This document shows, in pieces, positions 1 to 10,100 of a stretch of 64,000 bases of DNA. The notes under the pieces were generated by a model, which was not told where the DNA came from, did not search any database, and saw only the letters and a program-made list of their open reading frames with translations. The stretch's first letter is position 1. Each line of letters starts with the position of its first letter. The DNA is from a virus (Duplodnaviria; Caudoviricetes), in IMG/VR virus record IMGVR_UViG_3300028914_000078, positions 3,752 to 67,751 of that record. The stretch is one strand, 5' to 3'. A program made the translations under genes and the position numbers.

Positions 1-440
1 AGAGCGACCTCAAGATATACTACGACATGGTCTCCTCCTATCAGAAGGCCATGCTCACCGAGCCGATGAAGCGTCTTGTGTTCTATATCGACAAGTACAA
101 GAGGGCGATCGAGGTCGAGACTGATGAGAGTCTCACCAAATCCATCAGCAACCGCGCCAACAAGGGCAAGGCAAAGGTGGCCGGCCCTCTCACCGCAGGA
201 GAGATCTCCCTCAAGTGGAACCCGCTGTATCAGATGACAGAGAAGGAGAACGCGGACGTCTACAAGTCAAACGCCGACGCAGACCTTGCATATCTTGAGA
301 AGGGCATCCTCAGTTCTGAGGAGATCCGTGTGAACAGGTTTGTCGGCGGTTACAACCAGCATATCTCAGTCCAGTCAGCCGATCTCCCCGTGAACACCAA
401 GATGGAGGAGACTCCTGCCGAGGAGCCTGAAGAGAAGTGA
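1..440 (+). CDS. Portal protein, C-terminal part (DUF1073-like), truncated by the window start
   Basis: Frame open from the window edge; lies directly before the head protease gene; C-terminal 'KWNPLYQMTEKE..D....ADADLAYLEKGILSSEEIR' resembles DUF1073 portals. Confidence 0.7.
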   Translation, partial: SDLKIYYDMVSSYQKAMLTEPMKRLVFYIDKYKRAIEVETDESLTKSISNRANKGKAKVAGPLTAGEISLKWNPLYQMTEKENADVYKSNADADLAYLEKGILSSEEIRVNRFVGGYNQHISVQSADLPVNTKMEETPAEEPEEK

Positions 441-444
441 TCCC

Positions 445-483
445 ATGTGTCATTTTGACATTGTGTGTGTCAGAATGGCACAT
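445..483 (+). terminator. 16-bp stem-loop after the portal gene
   Basis: atgtgtcattttgaca-ttgtgtg-tgtcagaatggcacat; both mismatches are G-U compatible on the + strand; no clear U-tract. Confidence 0.45.
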
Positions 484-511
484 TTGTGTTGAAGCTGGTG
501 TCCCGTTATTG

Positions 512-540
512 TTGACTTATTCAGGGACGCTTGCTAATAT
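512..540 (+). promoter_or_regulatory. Sigma70-type promoter for the head genes
   Basis: TTGACT(512-517)-17 nt-TAATAT(535-540), then GGAGG RBS and ATG at 565. Confidence 0.65.
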
Positions 541-564
541 GAAGACGTAGCTGGAGGACAGACT

Positions 565-1752
565 ATGCCCAAAGAAATGAAGAGCGGAAATGTTTGCGAC
601 GTTTACGCGAATCTTCCTGACAATACCTTTCATGTTGATGAGAACGGCTTCCTCGTAGGCCGTGCCATTGTCACTACAATCGGTGTTTTCCCTTATCTGC
701 TTGAGGACGGAACCGTGTTCCGTGAGTTGAGGCTTCCTGAGGAGGTTTTCTCCGATGAGTCACTCAACAGTCTCAGGATGATTCCCATCACCAACGATCA
801 TCCGAGCTCCTTTGTCACACCCGACAATGCCAGTGAGCTTCAGGTCGGTACCACAGGTGAGGACGTCTGCCGTGCAGAGATGTACTATGAGGGTGGGTAC
901 ACCTACAAGACGGATGGCACACAGGTGTCGATTCCGCTCAAGATCACGGATGCCAAGGCTATCGAGGACGTCCTTGGCGGAAAGCGGGCTCTGTCCTGCG
1001 GTTACTTCCGCGAGCTCGAGCTCACAGGCGGAACATGGTGCGGCATGGAGTATGACGCCATCCAGCGCAATATCCGCTACAATCACGTTGCCATCGTGGA
1101 CAGAGGACGTGCGGGAGATACCGCCGTCATTAGAATGGACAATGCCTTCGTGCCGACCTTTGTTGAGGTTGAGGACACCGCTCTCGAACCTAAGGCGGAC
1201 GGCTCGGCTGAGAAGGGATTAGATAATAAGGAGGCTAATATGCCAAAGAAGGAATTAGTTCTTGATTCTACTCCTTACGAAGTCGAAGAGCAGGTTGTAG
1301 ACGCCTACAACGCCGTAGTCGCCGAAAGGGATGCGGTCAAGGGGCAGCTCGACATGGCTAACACAGAGATTGCCAACCTCAAGACACAGATGGTCGGCAT
1401 GATCGACGCAGCCATTCTTCCGCAGAAGGTCAAGGAGTACCAGCTCATCAAGGAGACCGCCGACAAGCACGGTGTTTCCCTCGATGAGGGCATGTCCGAG
1501 CTGGACATGAAGAAGGCCATTCTCAAGGTTGTCAACCCCGCAATTGCGGACGGCATCGACGAGAGGTCTGAGGACTACATCAACGGCGCTTTCAGTTTCT
1601 GCACCAAGACTTCGGTCGCTGGTGAGAGCAACGACGGTGCTGACGATGAGGGCGCGGGCGAAGCAGGCGACGAAGGCTCTGCCGCAGAGAACAACAAACT
1701 GATTGACGGACTCAACGAGAGACTCTCCAAGAAGTACGGCAACAGGAGATGA
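565..1752 (+). CDS. Capsid maturation protease/scaffold (DUF2213 family)
   Basis: 'IGVFPY..ELRLPEEVFSDESLNSL..PITNDHP', 'LSCGY', 'NHVAIVDRGRAG'; acidic scaffold-like C-terminus. Confidence 0.85.
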   Translation: MPKEMKSGNVCDVYANLPDNTFHVDENGFLVGRAIVTTIGVFPYLLEDGTVFRELRLPEEVFSDESLNSLRMIPITNDHPSSFVTPDNASELQVGTTGEDVCRAEMYYEGGYTYKTDGTQVSIPLKITDAKAIEDVLGGKRALSCGYFRELELTGGTWCGMEYDAIQRNIRYNHVAIVDRGRAGDTAVIRMDNAFVPTFVEVEDTALEPKADGSAEKGLDNKEANMPKKELVLDSTPYEVEEQVVDAYNAVVAERDAVKGQLDMANTEIANLKTQMVGMIDAAILPQKVKEYQLIKETADKHGVSLDEGMSELDMKKAILKVVNPAIADGIDERSEDYINGAFSFCTKTSVAGESNDGADDEGAGEAGDEGSAAENNKLIDGLNERLSKKYGNRR

Positions 1753-1766
1753 TAGGAGACTAAGAA

Positions 1767-2237
1767 ATGGCTACTAACGTATCTATTCCGCAGTATGCTT
1801 CCAGAATGGCTCTTGCCGTTCCCGGACAGCTCTTCGGTTCCAGTGACCATGTTGTGCTCGTCAAGAAGGCCGGTGAGGACATCGCTTTCGGTGCTGCCCT
1901 TTTCGCACAGGCTGCTGATGGACACGAGGTCAAGGCTACGGACGGAACAAAGGCTCTGCCTTTTGTTGGTATCGCAGGCTTCACACACAATGTCGACGGT
2001 TTCTACGCTGACGACATGCCGGTGAACGCTGTTGTCGACGGCTTCATCTATGTCAAGATCGCTTCTTCTGCAATTGCAGAAGGCGAGAAGGTCTACGTGA
2101 AGTATGCAGACGGCAAGTTCTACAGCGCAACAGATTATGCAGCAGGCACAGCCTCTGATTTCTGTGACATCCACGCTGAGGCTGTCGAGGCTGGCGCAGC
2201 TGCCAATGCAATCGTTCCGATTCGCATCCACGGCTGA
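1767..2237 (+). CDS. Capsid decoration/cement protein
   Basis: 156 aa, Ala/Gly-rich, between protease and major capsid; 'DIAFGAALF', 'DMPVNAVVDGFIYV'. Confidence 0.65.
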   Translation: MATNVSIPQYASRMALAVPGQLFGSSDHVVLVKKAGEDIAFGAALFAQAADGHEVKATDGTKALPFVGIAGFTHNVDGFYADDMPVNAVVDGFIYVKIASSAIAEGEKVYVKYADGKFYSATDYAAGTASDFCDIHAEAVEAGAAANAIVPIRIHG

Positions 2238-2250
2238 TTAGGAGGACATC

Positions 2251-3156
2251 ATGGACAAATATACAATCTTTTTTGCCAATGAGTGCAATCTTCTCCTCAA
2301 CAAGATCGTAGAGACCATCTACGACAAGCTTGAGGCTTTCCAGTACATCCCGCTTGCACCCGCAGAGGGAGAGGGACTTGAGACCCTGTCTTGGAGACAG
2401 TTCACTGCTGTCGGTATCGCCAAGATCATCTCTGACTATGCCAACGACATCCCGTCTGTCGAGGCATACGGCAAGGAAGTCAGCTCTAAGGTTTACCACA
2501 TTGCGACTTCCTATGGCTACAACAAGTTCGAGCTTGAGAGAGCCATGAGAGCCGGTCGCAACCTCGTCGACACCAAGTCCCGTGCCGCAAGACGCGCAAT
2601 CGAGACAAAGGTCGATGATCTCGCTTGGTACGGTGATTCAGAGTACGGTATTCAGGGCCTTGTGAACTACACAGGCATCTCTTCCTGTACACTCGCCGAC
2701 AACGAGGCAGGCACCTCCAAGAAGTGGGTTGACAAGACCCCCGACGAGATGGCAAAGGACATCAATGACATCATTGACACCATCCTGACAACCACCTCCA
2801 ACAAGGAGCAGCCGGACACAGTCCTTCTCCCGCCCGATCTGATGAGGCTGGCAACAACCAACTTCGTCGACACCAACAAGACCATGTCTGTTCTTGACTT
2901 CCTCAAGAAGTGCAACCCGATGATCAAGACTTGGGCTGCTGTTCAGGCACTGGCAACCGCTGGTTACGGCGGAAAGGGAAGAATCCTTGTCTACACCAAC
3001 TCAGCTGACAAGCTGGAGTACCACCTCCCGGTTGGTCTCAGACAGGAAGACCCCGAGCGCAACGGACTCAAGTACAGCGTGATCCTCACCGCTGATGCCG
3101 CTGGCACCACAGTGTACTATCCGCAGTCAGTCTGCTACGCCGACGGCGCTAACTGA
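2251..3156 (+). CDS. Major capsid protein (DUF2184-like, HK97 fold)
   Basis: 301 aa; 'DDLAWYGDSEYGIQGLVN', 'W..KTPDEM..DI', 'PDTVLLPP', C-terminal 'GTTVYYPQSVCYADG'. Confidence 0.85.
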   Translation: MDKYTIFFANECNLLLNKIVETIYDKLEAFQYIPLAPAEGEGLETLSWRQFTAVGIAKIISDYANDIPSVEAYGKEVSSKVYHIATSYGYNKFELERAMRAGRNLVDTKSRAARRAIETKVDDLAWYGDSEYGIQGLVNYTGISSCTLADNEAGTSKKWVDKTPDEMAKDINDIIDTILTTTSNKEQPDTVLLPPDLMRLATTNFVDTNKTMSVLDFLKKCNPMIKTWAAVQALATAGYGGKGRILVYTNSADKLEYHLPVGLRQEDPERNGLKYSVILTADAAGTTVYYPQSVCYADGAN

Positions 3157-3165
3157 TGTACCCTA

Positions 3166-3198
3166 CGGATGGGGTGGCGGACACCGCCACTCCGTCCG
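3166..3198 (+). terminator. 15-bp GC-rich hairpin after the capsid gene (terminator or mRNA stabiliser)
   Basis: cggatggggtggcgg-aca-ccgccactccgtccg. Confidence 0.55.
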
Positions 3199-3224
3199 AT
3201 TTATCTGTTAAAAGGAGCAATATT

Positions 3225-3692
3225 ATGGCAACAGAGAAAACCAATTCAACCGCTGGTGGCAACGAAGCTGTCCTCGACCACAAGTGTTTACTTTACTGGC
3301 ACAGCAGAAGCCTCCATTCTATTCCGCTCAAGGAAGGAAAGAGGCTGAACGTATTCCCGGGTTACAACGCCTTCGATTTTTCTCAGCTTGAGAAGATTGC
3401 GAAGGAGTGTAAGGTCGAGATTGAGAGCAAGATGATCACCCTTTGGGGCATCGAGTTCAAGGCCAACGGCACACCGTATGAGGTCAAGACACTCAGCAAG
3501 ATTGACATCAAGGAGCTGAACAAGATCCTTGAGGCAACTTACAGTGAGGACACTCTTGCGGTTCTCTCAAACCCCGATGTGGTTCCCGCTGTCTATGCAA
3601 GATATGCGGTCGAGCGCAGCGTGAAGCTGAGAGAGGCCGTGGGAACTGAAGCTGACAATATTGAGGTGCATACCGTTAACAAAGGTATCTGA
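3225..3692 (+). CDS. Hypothetical protein in the head cluster
   Basis: AAGGAG RBS before ATG 3225 (MATEKTN); position after the capsid gene. Confidence 0.65.
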   Translation: MATEKTNSTAGGNEAVLDHKCLLYWHSRSLHSIPLKEGKRLNVFPGYNAFDFSQLEKIAKECKVEIESKMITLWGIEFKANGTPYEVKTLSKIDIKELNKILEATYSEDTLAVLSNPDVVPAVYARYAVERSVKLREAVGTEADNIEVHTVNKGI

Positions 3693-3708
3693 TTGCAGGA
3701 GATGAAGG

Positions 3709-4122
3709 ATGGCGCTTACAGAGAGCGAAGTTCTGAAGGTCAAGGAGTACATCACGGTGTACTACCCTGCTCTTCTTGAGAATACGAATATTAACTTTCT
3801 CATTGACGACGCGGCTGATACGCTCAGTCCTTCTTTCTTCGGCAGACATTACCTCAAGGCGGTGGCTTATCTGACGATGCACAACGGAAGCATCGCCGCA
3901 CAGACATCATCAGGCGGAAGCACAGGCGACGCCGGTGGTGTCGTCGTGCAGAAGACGATAGGCCCCGTGACCATAAAATATTCAGACAAGAGCTCAACGA
4001 AGGAGTGGGCTGCCCTATATGGCTCAACCAAGTTCGGGCTCATGCTGATAAGTCTCATGAAGCTCTGCAGCGGAGGTGGCAGCTTCACCGTTAATAACGC
4101 GTGGAGGCTGCTGCCGTCATGA
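3709..4122 (+). CDS. Head-tail adaptor (DUF4054-like)
   Basis: 'YLKAVAYLTMH', 'KTIGPVTIKY', 'YGSTKFG..L..L'. Confidence 0.7.
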   Translation: MALTESEVLKVKEYITVYYPALLENTNINFLIDDAADTLSPSFFGRHYLKAVAYLTMHNGSIAAQTSSGGSTGDAGGVVVQKTIGPVTIKYSDKSSTKEWAALYGSTKFGLMLISLMKLCSGGGSFTVNNAWRLLPS

Positions 4123-4448
4123 GCATCCTTTCTGACTTCCAGTCAATGATGAGGAATACTCTTGTGGTGAGCAAGGCCACCACAACGGTGGTGAACTTCG
4201 TTCCGACCACAACGTACGTGGATGGAACCGGAGTTCCCGCTTTTGTGTATTCCCGCACGGCTGGCGAGTCATATTTTGGGGCGGGGATGTGGAAGGCATC
4301 TACGGAATACATAGCCGTCGTCGCTCCGATTGAGGTCAGTACAGACGACAAGGTTAAGATTGACGGCGTCACGTATGCTGTGGATTATGTGGACGACGTG
4401 GCTTTTCAAGGGGAAGTCATGCTCATCGGTCTGAGAGGTGTGAAATGA
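4119..4448 (+). CDS. Head closure/stopper protein
   Basis: ATGA overlap with the upstream stop; ~109 aa beta-rich; 'DDKVKIDGVTYAVDYV'. Confidence 0.6.
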   Translation: MSILSDFQSMMRNTLVVSKATTTVVNFVPTTTYVDGTGVPAFVYSRTAGESYFGAGMWKASTEYIAVVAPIEVSTDDKVKIDGVTYAVDYVDDVAFQGEVMLIGLRGVK

Positions 4449-5029
4449 GTATAAATGTACATATGATCAGAGGCTCATCTCACTCCTACAGAACAGGTGA
4501 GGTTCTCCGCTCCGCCACGCAGGAGTTCATAGGGTACACGAGCAAGGGCAAGAAGCTCAGTGACGTTGCACTCGAGAAGCTCGAGGAGAGCGTCGAGGAC
4601 GGTCTCAGGGTTGCGTGGGAGTCTGTCAGGGATACTGCACCCGAGGATGAAGGGCTCTTGAAGAACTGTATCGCCTATACTATGGATGGCGAGACGTTTC
4701 AGGGGCTTAACAGTCTGATGGGACATCAGTGTGACGAGAGCGCGTATGAGGCATACTGCTCTCTCGCAGGTGATATATACCGCAATCGTAAGAATTCGGT
4801 GGCGGGTTATGTCACGGCTTTTGCCATGCGCTCCATCTGTGTCAGTGGTGACCAGTCCAAGTCCCGCCATGATCCTGAAAAGTGGTATAACAATGTAAAT
4901 TACGCCGTGTTCGTGGAATACGGCACGTTCAGGACACCCGCCCAGCATTTCATGCGTAGAGGCATGGAGGCCGCACGCGGTGCGATGCTGGCGGAGGTTG
5001 TCCAAGGTATGAAGTGGGTGAGAGCATGA
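4445..5029 (+). CDS. HK97 gp10-like tail completion protein
   Basis: 'APEDEGLLKNCI', 'NVNYAVFVEYGTFRTPAQHFMR'. Confidence 0.8.
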   Translation: MSINVHMIRGSSHSYRTGEVLRSATQEFIGYTSKGKKLSDVALEKLEESVEDGLRVAWESVRDTAPEDEGLLKNCIAYTMDGETFQGLNSLMGHQCDESAYEAYCSLAGDIYRNRKNSVAGYVTAFAMRSICVSGDQSKSRHDPEKWYNNVNYAVFVEYGTFRTPAQHFMRRGMEAARGAMLAEVVQGMKWVRA

Positions 5030-5418
5030 CGGAACAGCAGGTTGCAATAGATATTCTTACTGCTCTTCAGGGTTCTACAGCGTTTGTCAGCCAGCTTTCT
5101 CTGTGTGGGACTGCTCCTATGCTTATTTATGCACCTTTGGTACCTGAAGAGTGGTCAATTACAGATAAAACTGCTAATATGTACGTGTCAGGTGAGACGC
5201 AGCAGAACGAGTGGGAACGTTCGGAGTTCACTCTCGCGTGCCGTGCGCCTTCCTCGGTTGAATCGCGTTCATTGGCTTGGGCCGCACGTGATGCACTGAA
5301 CCGTATGACGGTGAACGGTGCTTTTGTGATTGTGGACATCAAGCCCACAATCGAGCCTATGGATGCTGAATTTGACAACTATAACACGCCTGTGGACATT
5401 GTCGTTCGCTACACGTGA
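5026..5418 (+). CDS. Tail terminator protein
   Basis: Position between the gp10-like gene and the major tail gene; ~130 aa. Confidence 0.6.
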   Translation: MTEQQVAIDILTALQGSTAFVSQLSLCGTAPMLIYAPLVPEEWSITDKTANMYVSGETQQNEWERSEFTLACRAPSSVESRSLAWAARDALNRMTVNGAFVIVDIKPTIEPMDAEFDNYNTPVDIVVRYT

Positions 5419-5500
5419 TGGTTGTATAGTGAAGTTGGGGCTTGGGCCTCATATCATATAAGTAAGGCTTCGCAAGAAGTCACTGTATAAGGAGGCTATC

Positions 5501-6310
5501 ATGCCAGTACAGACTACGAAAAAGAGTAACATCTATTTTCCCGATGGTGCTATGGTCAAAGTCAGGCTCACTCCGAACGACCCTTGGTTCGACGTAGGCG
5601 CCATCAACAGCGCAGTCACAGCAACTCTCAACTGGGACGAGAGTTCTGTTGAGACTGCAAATGCGGGCACTCTGAATACCCGTGTTTCGAACATGACAAT
5701 TTCAGGTGGCTTCACACTCATCAACCTCGATCCCGAGGGAATCGGAAAGATGGGTAACGGCGTCCTCAACGTCACAACCACTGCAGCTGGTTCTACAGTC
5801 TCATTTGAGAATCAGGTCATCCCCAGCCCTGCTGCGAATACCGCTTATGCCCTTGCACTTAAGGACACCAACGGCATTTCATACAAGACCACAGGCGCTG
5901 TCGGAATCGCTTCCGTCAAGAAGGGTGAGACAACCCTTTCTGCCGGTACTGATTACGTGATTGTCAACGGCTTTGAGATCGTGTTCCTCTCCGCCCCCGG
6001 CGGTGATGTCACAATCACCTACACCGCAAGTCAGGCAGTTGTCGGCAAGACCACTGTCACAGCCGGTGCTTCAACAGTCGTCATGACACCGTACGCCATG
6101 CAGATCGAGCACACAGACGAGAACGGCAAGAAGAGAACTCTCGACCTCTATTCCGTTTACGGAAACAGCGGTGGATTCCAGTTCAACTTCAAGGGTGCCA
6201 ACGAGGACGGTGTCGAGGAGATGCCCCTCACCTTCACAGCCAAGCTCGATACAACTCGTAGCAACGGTGATCAGCTCATGGCTTGGTCAATCGACAATGG
6301 CGCTGCCTGA
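5501..6310 (+). CDS. Major tail (tube) protein
   Basis: 269 aa, Thr/Gly-rich, strong AAGGAGG RBS, followed by a hairpin and the chaperone/tape measure genes. Confidence 0.8.
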   Translation: MPVQTTKKSNIYFPDGAMVKVRLTPNDPWFDVGAINSAVTATLNWDESSVETANAGTLNTRVSNMTISGGFTLINLDPEGIGKMGNGVLNVTTTAAGSTVSFENQVIPSPAANTAYALALKDTNGISYKTTGAVGIASVKKGETTLSAGTDYVIVNGFEIVFLSAPGGDVTITYTASQAVVGKTTVTAGASTVVMTPYAMQIEHTDENGKKRTLDLYSVYGNSGGFQFNFKGANEDGVEEMPLTFTAKLDTTRSNGDQLMAWSIDNGAA

Positions 6311-6394
6311 TAGTGAACACTATCATGTAATACACTGGAGGGGGAATCCGCTTGCTCCTTTGCGGGTTTCCCCTCCTTTTCAAAGGAGCTAGAA

Positions 6395-6928
6395 ATGGGA
6401 GAGAAGAAGAGCAGTCTTCGTAATGAGATTGATTACGACCTGCATTATGTTACCGATAATGGGCAGAGGGCTATAAAGACTCTGCACATCTCGTTTGTGT
6501 CACAGGCTATCTATCAGGACTATCTTGAGCTTGTAAACGAGGCACAGGAGGCCATTGAACTCAGTGGGCGCATGAAAGACCTGCTCAAGGAGATGGGTGG
6601 CACTATTGCACGCAGGAAGAACTATACGGACGGTGCAGGTAACGTCGTTCTTCCGAAGATGAAGTTGTCCGAGGTGCGTGAAGACATCAAGGACTTGAAA
6701 AGGGAATATGACGATGCTGTTGCCCGCATAACTGAGATAAGCAACGGCACATACAGGAAGAAGTTCAGTCTTATCCAAAAGATACTGGACAAGAACGGTA
6801 TCGACGAGCCCGATCTCCGCAGGGAGGACTGGTGGTACAACAACACCAGTGTGCACGAGATGATGGAGTTCATCGTCGCCGCATGCACCAAGGATGAGGT
6901 GGCTTCTTCAACTAAAAAAAAACGGTAG
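6395..6928 (+). CDS. Tail assembly chaperone (lambda G-like)
   Basis: Between major tail and tape measure genes; ends in an A9 slippery run. Confidence 0.75.
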   Translation: MGEKKSSLRNEIDYDLHYVTDNGQRAIKTLHISFVSQAIYQDYLELVNEAQEAIELSGRMKDLLKEMGGTIARRKNYTDGAGNVVLPKMKLSEVREDIKDLKREYDDAVARITEISNGTYRKKFSLIQKILDKNGIDEPDLRREDWWYNNTSVHEMMEFIVAACTKDEVASSTKKKR

Positions 6929-7119
6929 ATGACTCCGTATATCATCGGGATCGTCTGTATGCGGCGTTGTGCAAGTATTACAGGCCCATGTCGTGGGGGG
7001 AGTTCTTAGACATGGACATGCAGGAGGTGACCAACGCCGTTTCTGTTTGCGGTATGCCTAAAGAAGTTGTAAACTACATTTGGGAAAAGAAGCATACCGC
7101 GTTTGAGGTTTTTGATTGA
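6913..7119 (+). CDS. -1 frameshift extension of the tail chaperone (GT-like)
   Basis: T AAA AAA AAA C at 6913-6923; -1 frame open 6922-7119 (TVDDSVYHRDRLYAALCKYYRPMSWGEFLDMDMQEV...FEVFD*), filling the gap to the tape measure gene. Confidence 0.8.
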
Positions 7120-7134
7120 CGGAGGATTTGCAGC

Positions 7135-10100
7135 ATGACTGTCGTAGATGTCCTTACTTATGTTATAACAGGTGATGTATCCAAGCTCGAGGGGTCTTTG
7201 GAGGAGGCTAATACTCAAGCCAACAAGCTCATAAAGGATCTCAATGACAATTTCAAAGGGCTCGGAGAAGATGTAGAGGCCAAGGTTGAGGAACTGGTCA
7301 TGCAGTTCACTTCTGCGGCAGGGAAGATAAGGGACATCGCAGGTAAGGATCTGACCTTTCAGGAGGCCATTGACAGTGTGCAGCTCCTTGGCAAGGAGTT
7401 TGTGAAGCTCTCGGGCGATATCGCACCGCTTGTGAAGGGCGACATAGAGATGTTCGCCAAGTCAATCACAGACAGCATTACCGCTATGGCGAGCCTCAGT
7501 GACGATGAGATATATTACCAGCAGGCTCTTGCCCGTATGGCGGAACAGCAGAAGCAGGTGTTGGCTGAACGTGAGTCGGCTCTCTTTGCCGAGAAAGACG
7601 CACAGGACAGAGCCGCAGACGCAGCTATCTACCGTTATGAGCGTGAGCGTGAGGCCCTCGAGGTAGCAGCCGCCGCAGAGGAGGAGAAGCGTTACAGGGA
7701 GGCTCTCGCCAATGCTGCATGGCAGGAGGAGGCGCAGGAGATACTGCGCAGGAGACAGGAGCAGGTTGAGGCCATGAACGCAGAGGCTGATGCCGCTATG
7801 CACAGTTATGATGAGGCCAAGAAGTTCAGGGAGGAGCAGGAGCTCTCCAATCAGGCCCTTCTGACGTCCTCTGAGCGTGTCGCTGACGTGAAGGACAAGC
7901 TGGAGGAGCTTTCAGAGAAATACGAGAAGAATAAGGAGAAGCTCGAACCCCTAGTTGAGGGCACGCAGGCATTGTCAACAGCTCTCAACTCATTGCAGAG
8001 CCTTGCGGGGTTGGATTTCTCCTTCGACATGATAAAATCTCTTACAAAAGATGCGGGAAACGCAGAGAAGGCACTCACACGCATGTCCGCTGTCTTCAAG
8101 ACCAGCGTGAACGACGCTGTCTCGGCGTCAAAACGTATTGCTGATTCCTATGGTCTGTCAGAGAGGGCCGCACAGGAAATGCTGGCTTATGCCGGGCAGG
8201 TCTTCACTGAGCAGGGTTTCATGGTTGATCAGGCACTCGAGATGGCTGAGGCTTTTGTCAAGAGAGCTGTTGACCTCCAGTCTATGGCTCAGGGAGGTCA
8301 GGATTCAGCCGCCGCTCTGAAGGCAATGGTCAGCGCACTTATAAGTGGAACTAAGGCTCTCAAAAGCTGGGGTGTCGCCTTCACTGCACAGGATGTGGCT
8401 ACGGAAGCCGCCATCCATGACCTCAACGCATATAACGGCAAACTGGAAGGGACAGCGAAGATTCTCGCTTCATACTACACCATATTGAACAAGACTTCCG
8501 AGGCGGAGGGCAACTTCGCTCTGAACGAGCAGAATCTTGTCAACATACAGCAGGAATACAATGCCGCAGTCGAGGAGTTGCGCATTGCTCTTGGAGAGAA
8601 TTTCCTCCCGCTTATGAAGGATATGCTTGTGCTTGTCACCAATCTCGCTGATTTTCTTGGTGAGCATAAATGGTTCAGTTCATTCATAGCGATTGTGTTA
8701 TCGGGTGCTGTTGCCCTGAAGGCTTTCTCTGCTGCGGCAGGAGCTGGGATCAAGGCAGCCATAGGATTGCAGACAGCCATGAAGTCCACTGAGACGGCGT
8801 TCAGGACAGCTACCATTGCTGTCAATGCTTTCAATGTGGCTACAGGTGTGTTGGCGCTTGCCGGCATATTGTCGACGATCGTGGCTATAATAGGTGCTGC
8901 GAATACGGCTACCGATTCCGCACAGGCGCTTTCCGATGCTGTTGACAGTATGGCTAATAAGGGCGCGTTGGACAAAGATGAGGTAAAGGAGCTCAACAAC
9001 AGCTGGAAGAACTTCAACAAAGATATTAAGAATGGACAGCAGGAGGTCGCTGACCAGCAAGAATATGTGAATCAGCTTCATGAAAAAGAGCTGGAGCATC
9101 TTGCTATCTATGGTGCAGCACAGAAAGAGCTTTCTAATGCACGCCGAACGAATGATAAAGCGTCTGTTGCTTTTTATGAGGCACGTGTGACCGCTTATGA
9201 AAATATCATTGCCGCTGTGAGAGAGCTACGCAAGGAAGAAGAAGCAACGCTTGTTGCTGATGAGGCCCGTGTGGAACGTGCTGAAAACGAACGTGAGGCT
9301 TTTGTTTTGCGGTTATCCCGCGCCTATCTTGAAGCCGGTGAGGAGGCTGCACTGCTCGCAGGGCTGAATGAGGAGCTCATAGCGGAAATAAAGACAATGA
9401 CTGAGAAGCTGAAGGAAGCACAGGAAGCGGGTATGGATCTTGATGCCTATGCCCGTACACTCTCACGCTCCACTGCTGACTGGGACACACTTCTCAAGAA
9501 CGCTGAGACTCATTACAACAACGCCATGAAGGCCGCCGAGAAAGCCACTGGTGATTACAATGTCACTATGCTCCGCAACATCGACCTCATTGAGAAGCAG
9601 CGTGAGGAGTATGACAAGACAAGCCGCACGCAGCTCGATACGATCATGAAGCTTAACGGTTTCTCGGACATGTCTGCCAAGATGTTGCAGGAGAACGCGG
9701 CTGCCATCGTTGCCGGAGATAAGGCACTTGATGATTGGGCCGATGGGATTGAAGGGGATACCGAGAAAATAGACCTTCAGGTTCGTTATGTCATAAACGC
9801 TATGCTCAGTGCAGAGAAGTGGTTCAACACTGAGTCTGCCGCCTACAGGCAGGAGTTCATCAATTCAACGACCAAGGACATGGATAAGTTCACTGAGTAC
9901 CTCACAAAGCTCACAGACAAGACTGCCGTGACCTTGAAAGACCAGTACACAAAGACACTCAACAGCGGCATAGAGACGTTTACGGATGCGGTTATTGCCG
10001 CATATGGCAGCACAGGCGGTCTCACTGGCATTTTGTCTGATTTCCTTGGCGGTGAGGATGGTAAGGAATTCCCGATTCAGGCGGTGATCGAGGACGCAGT

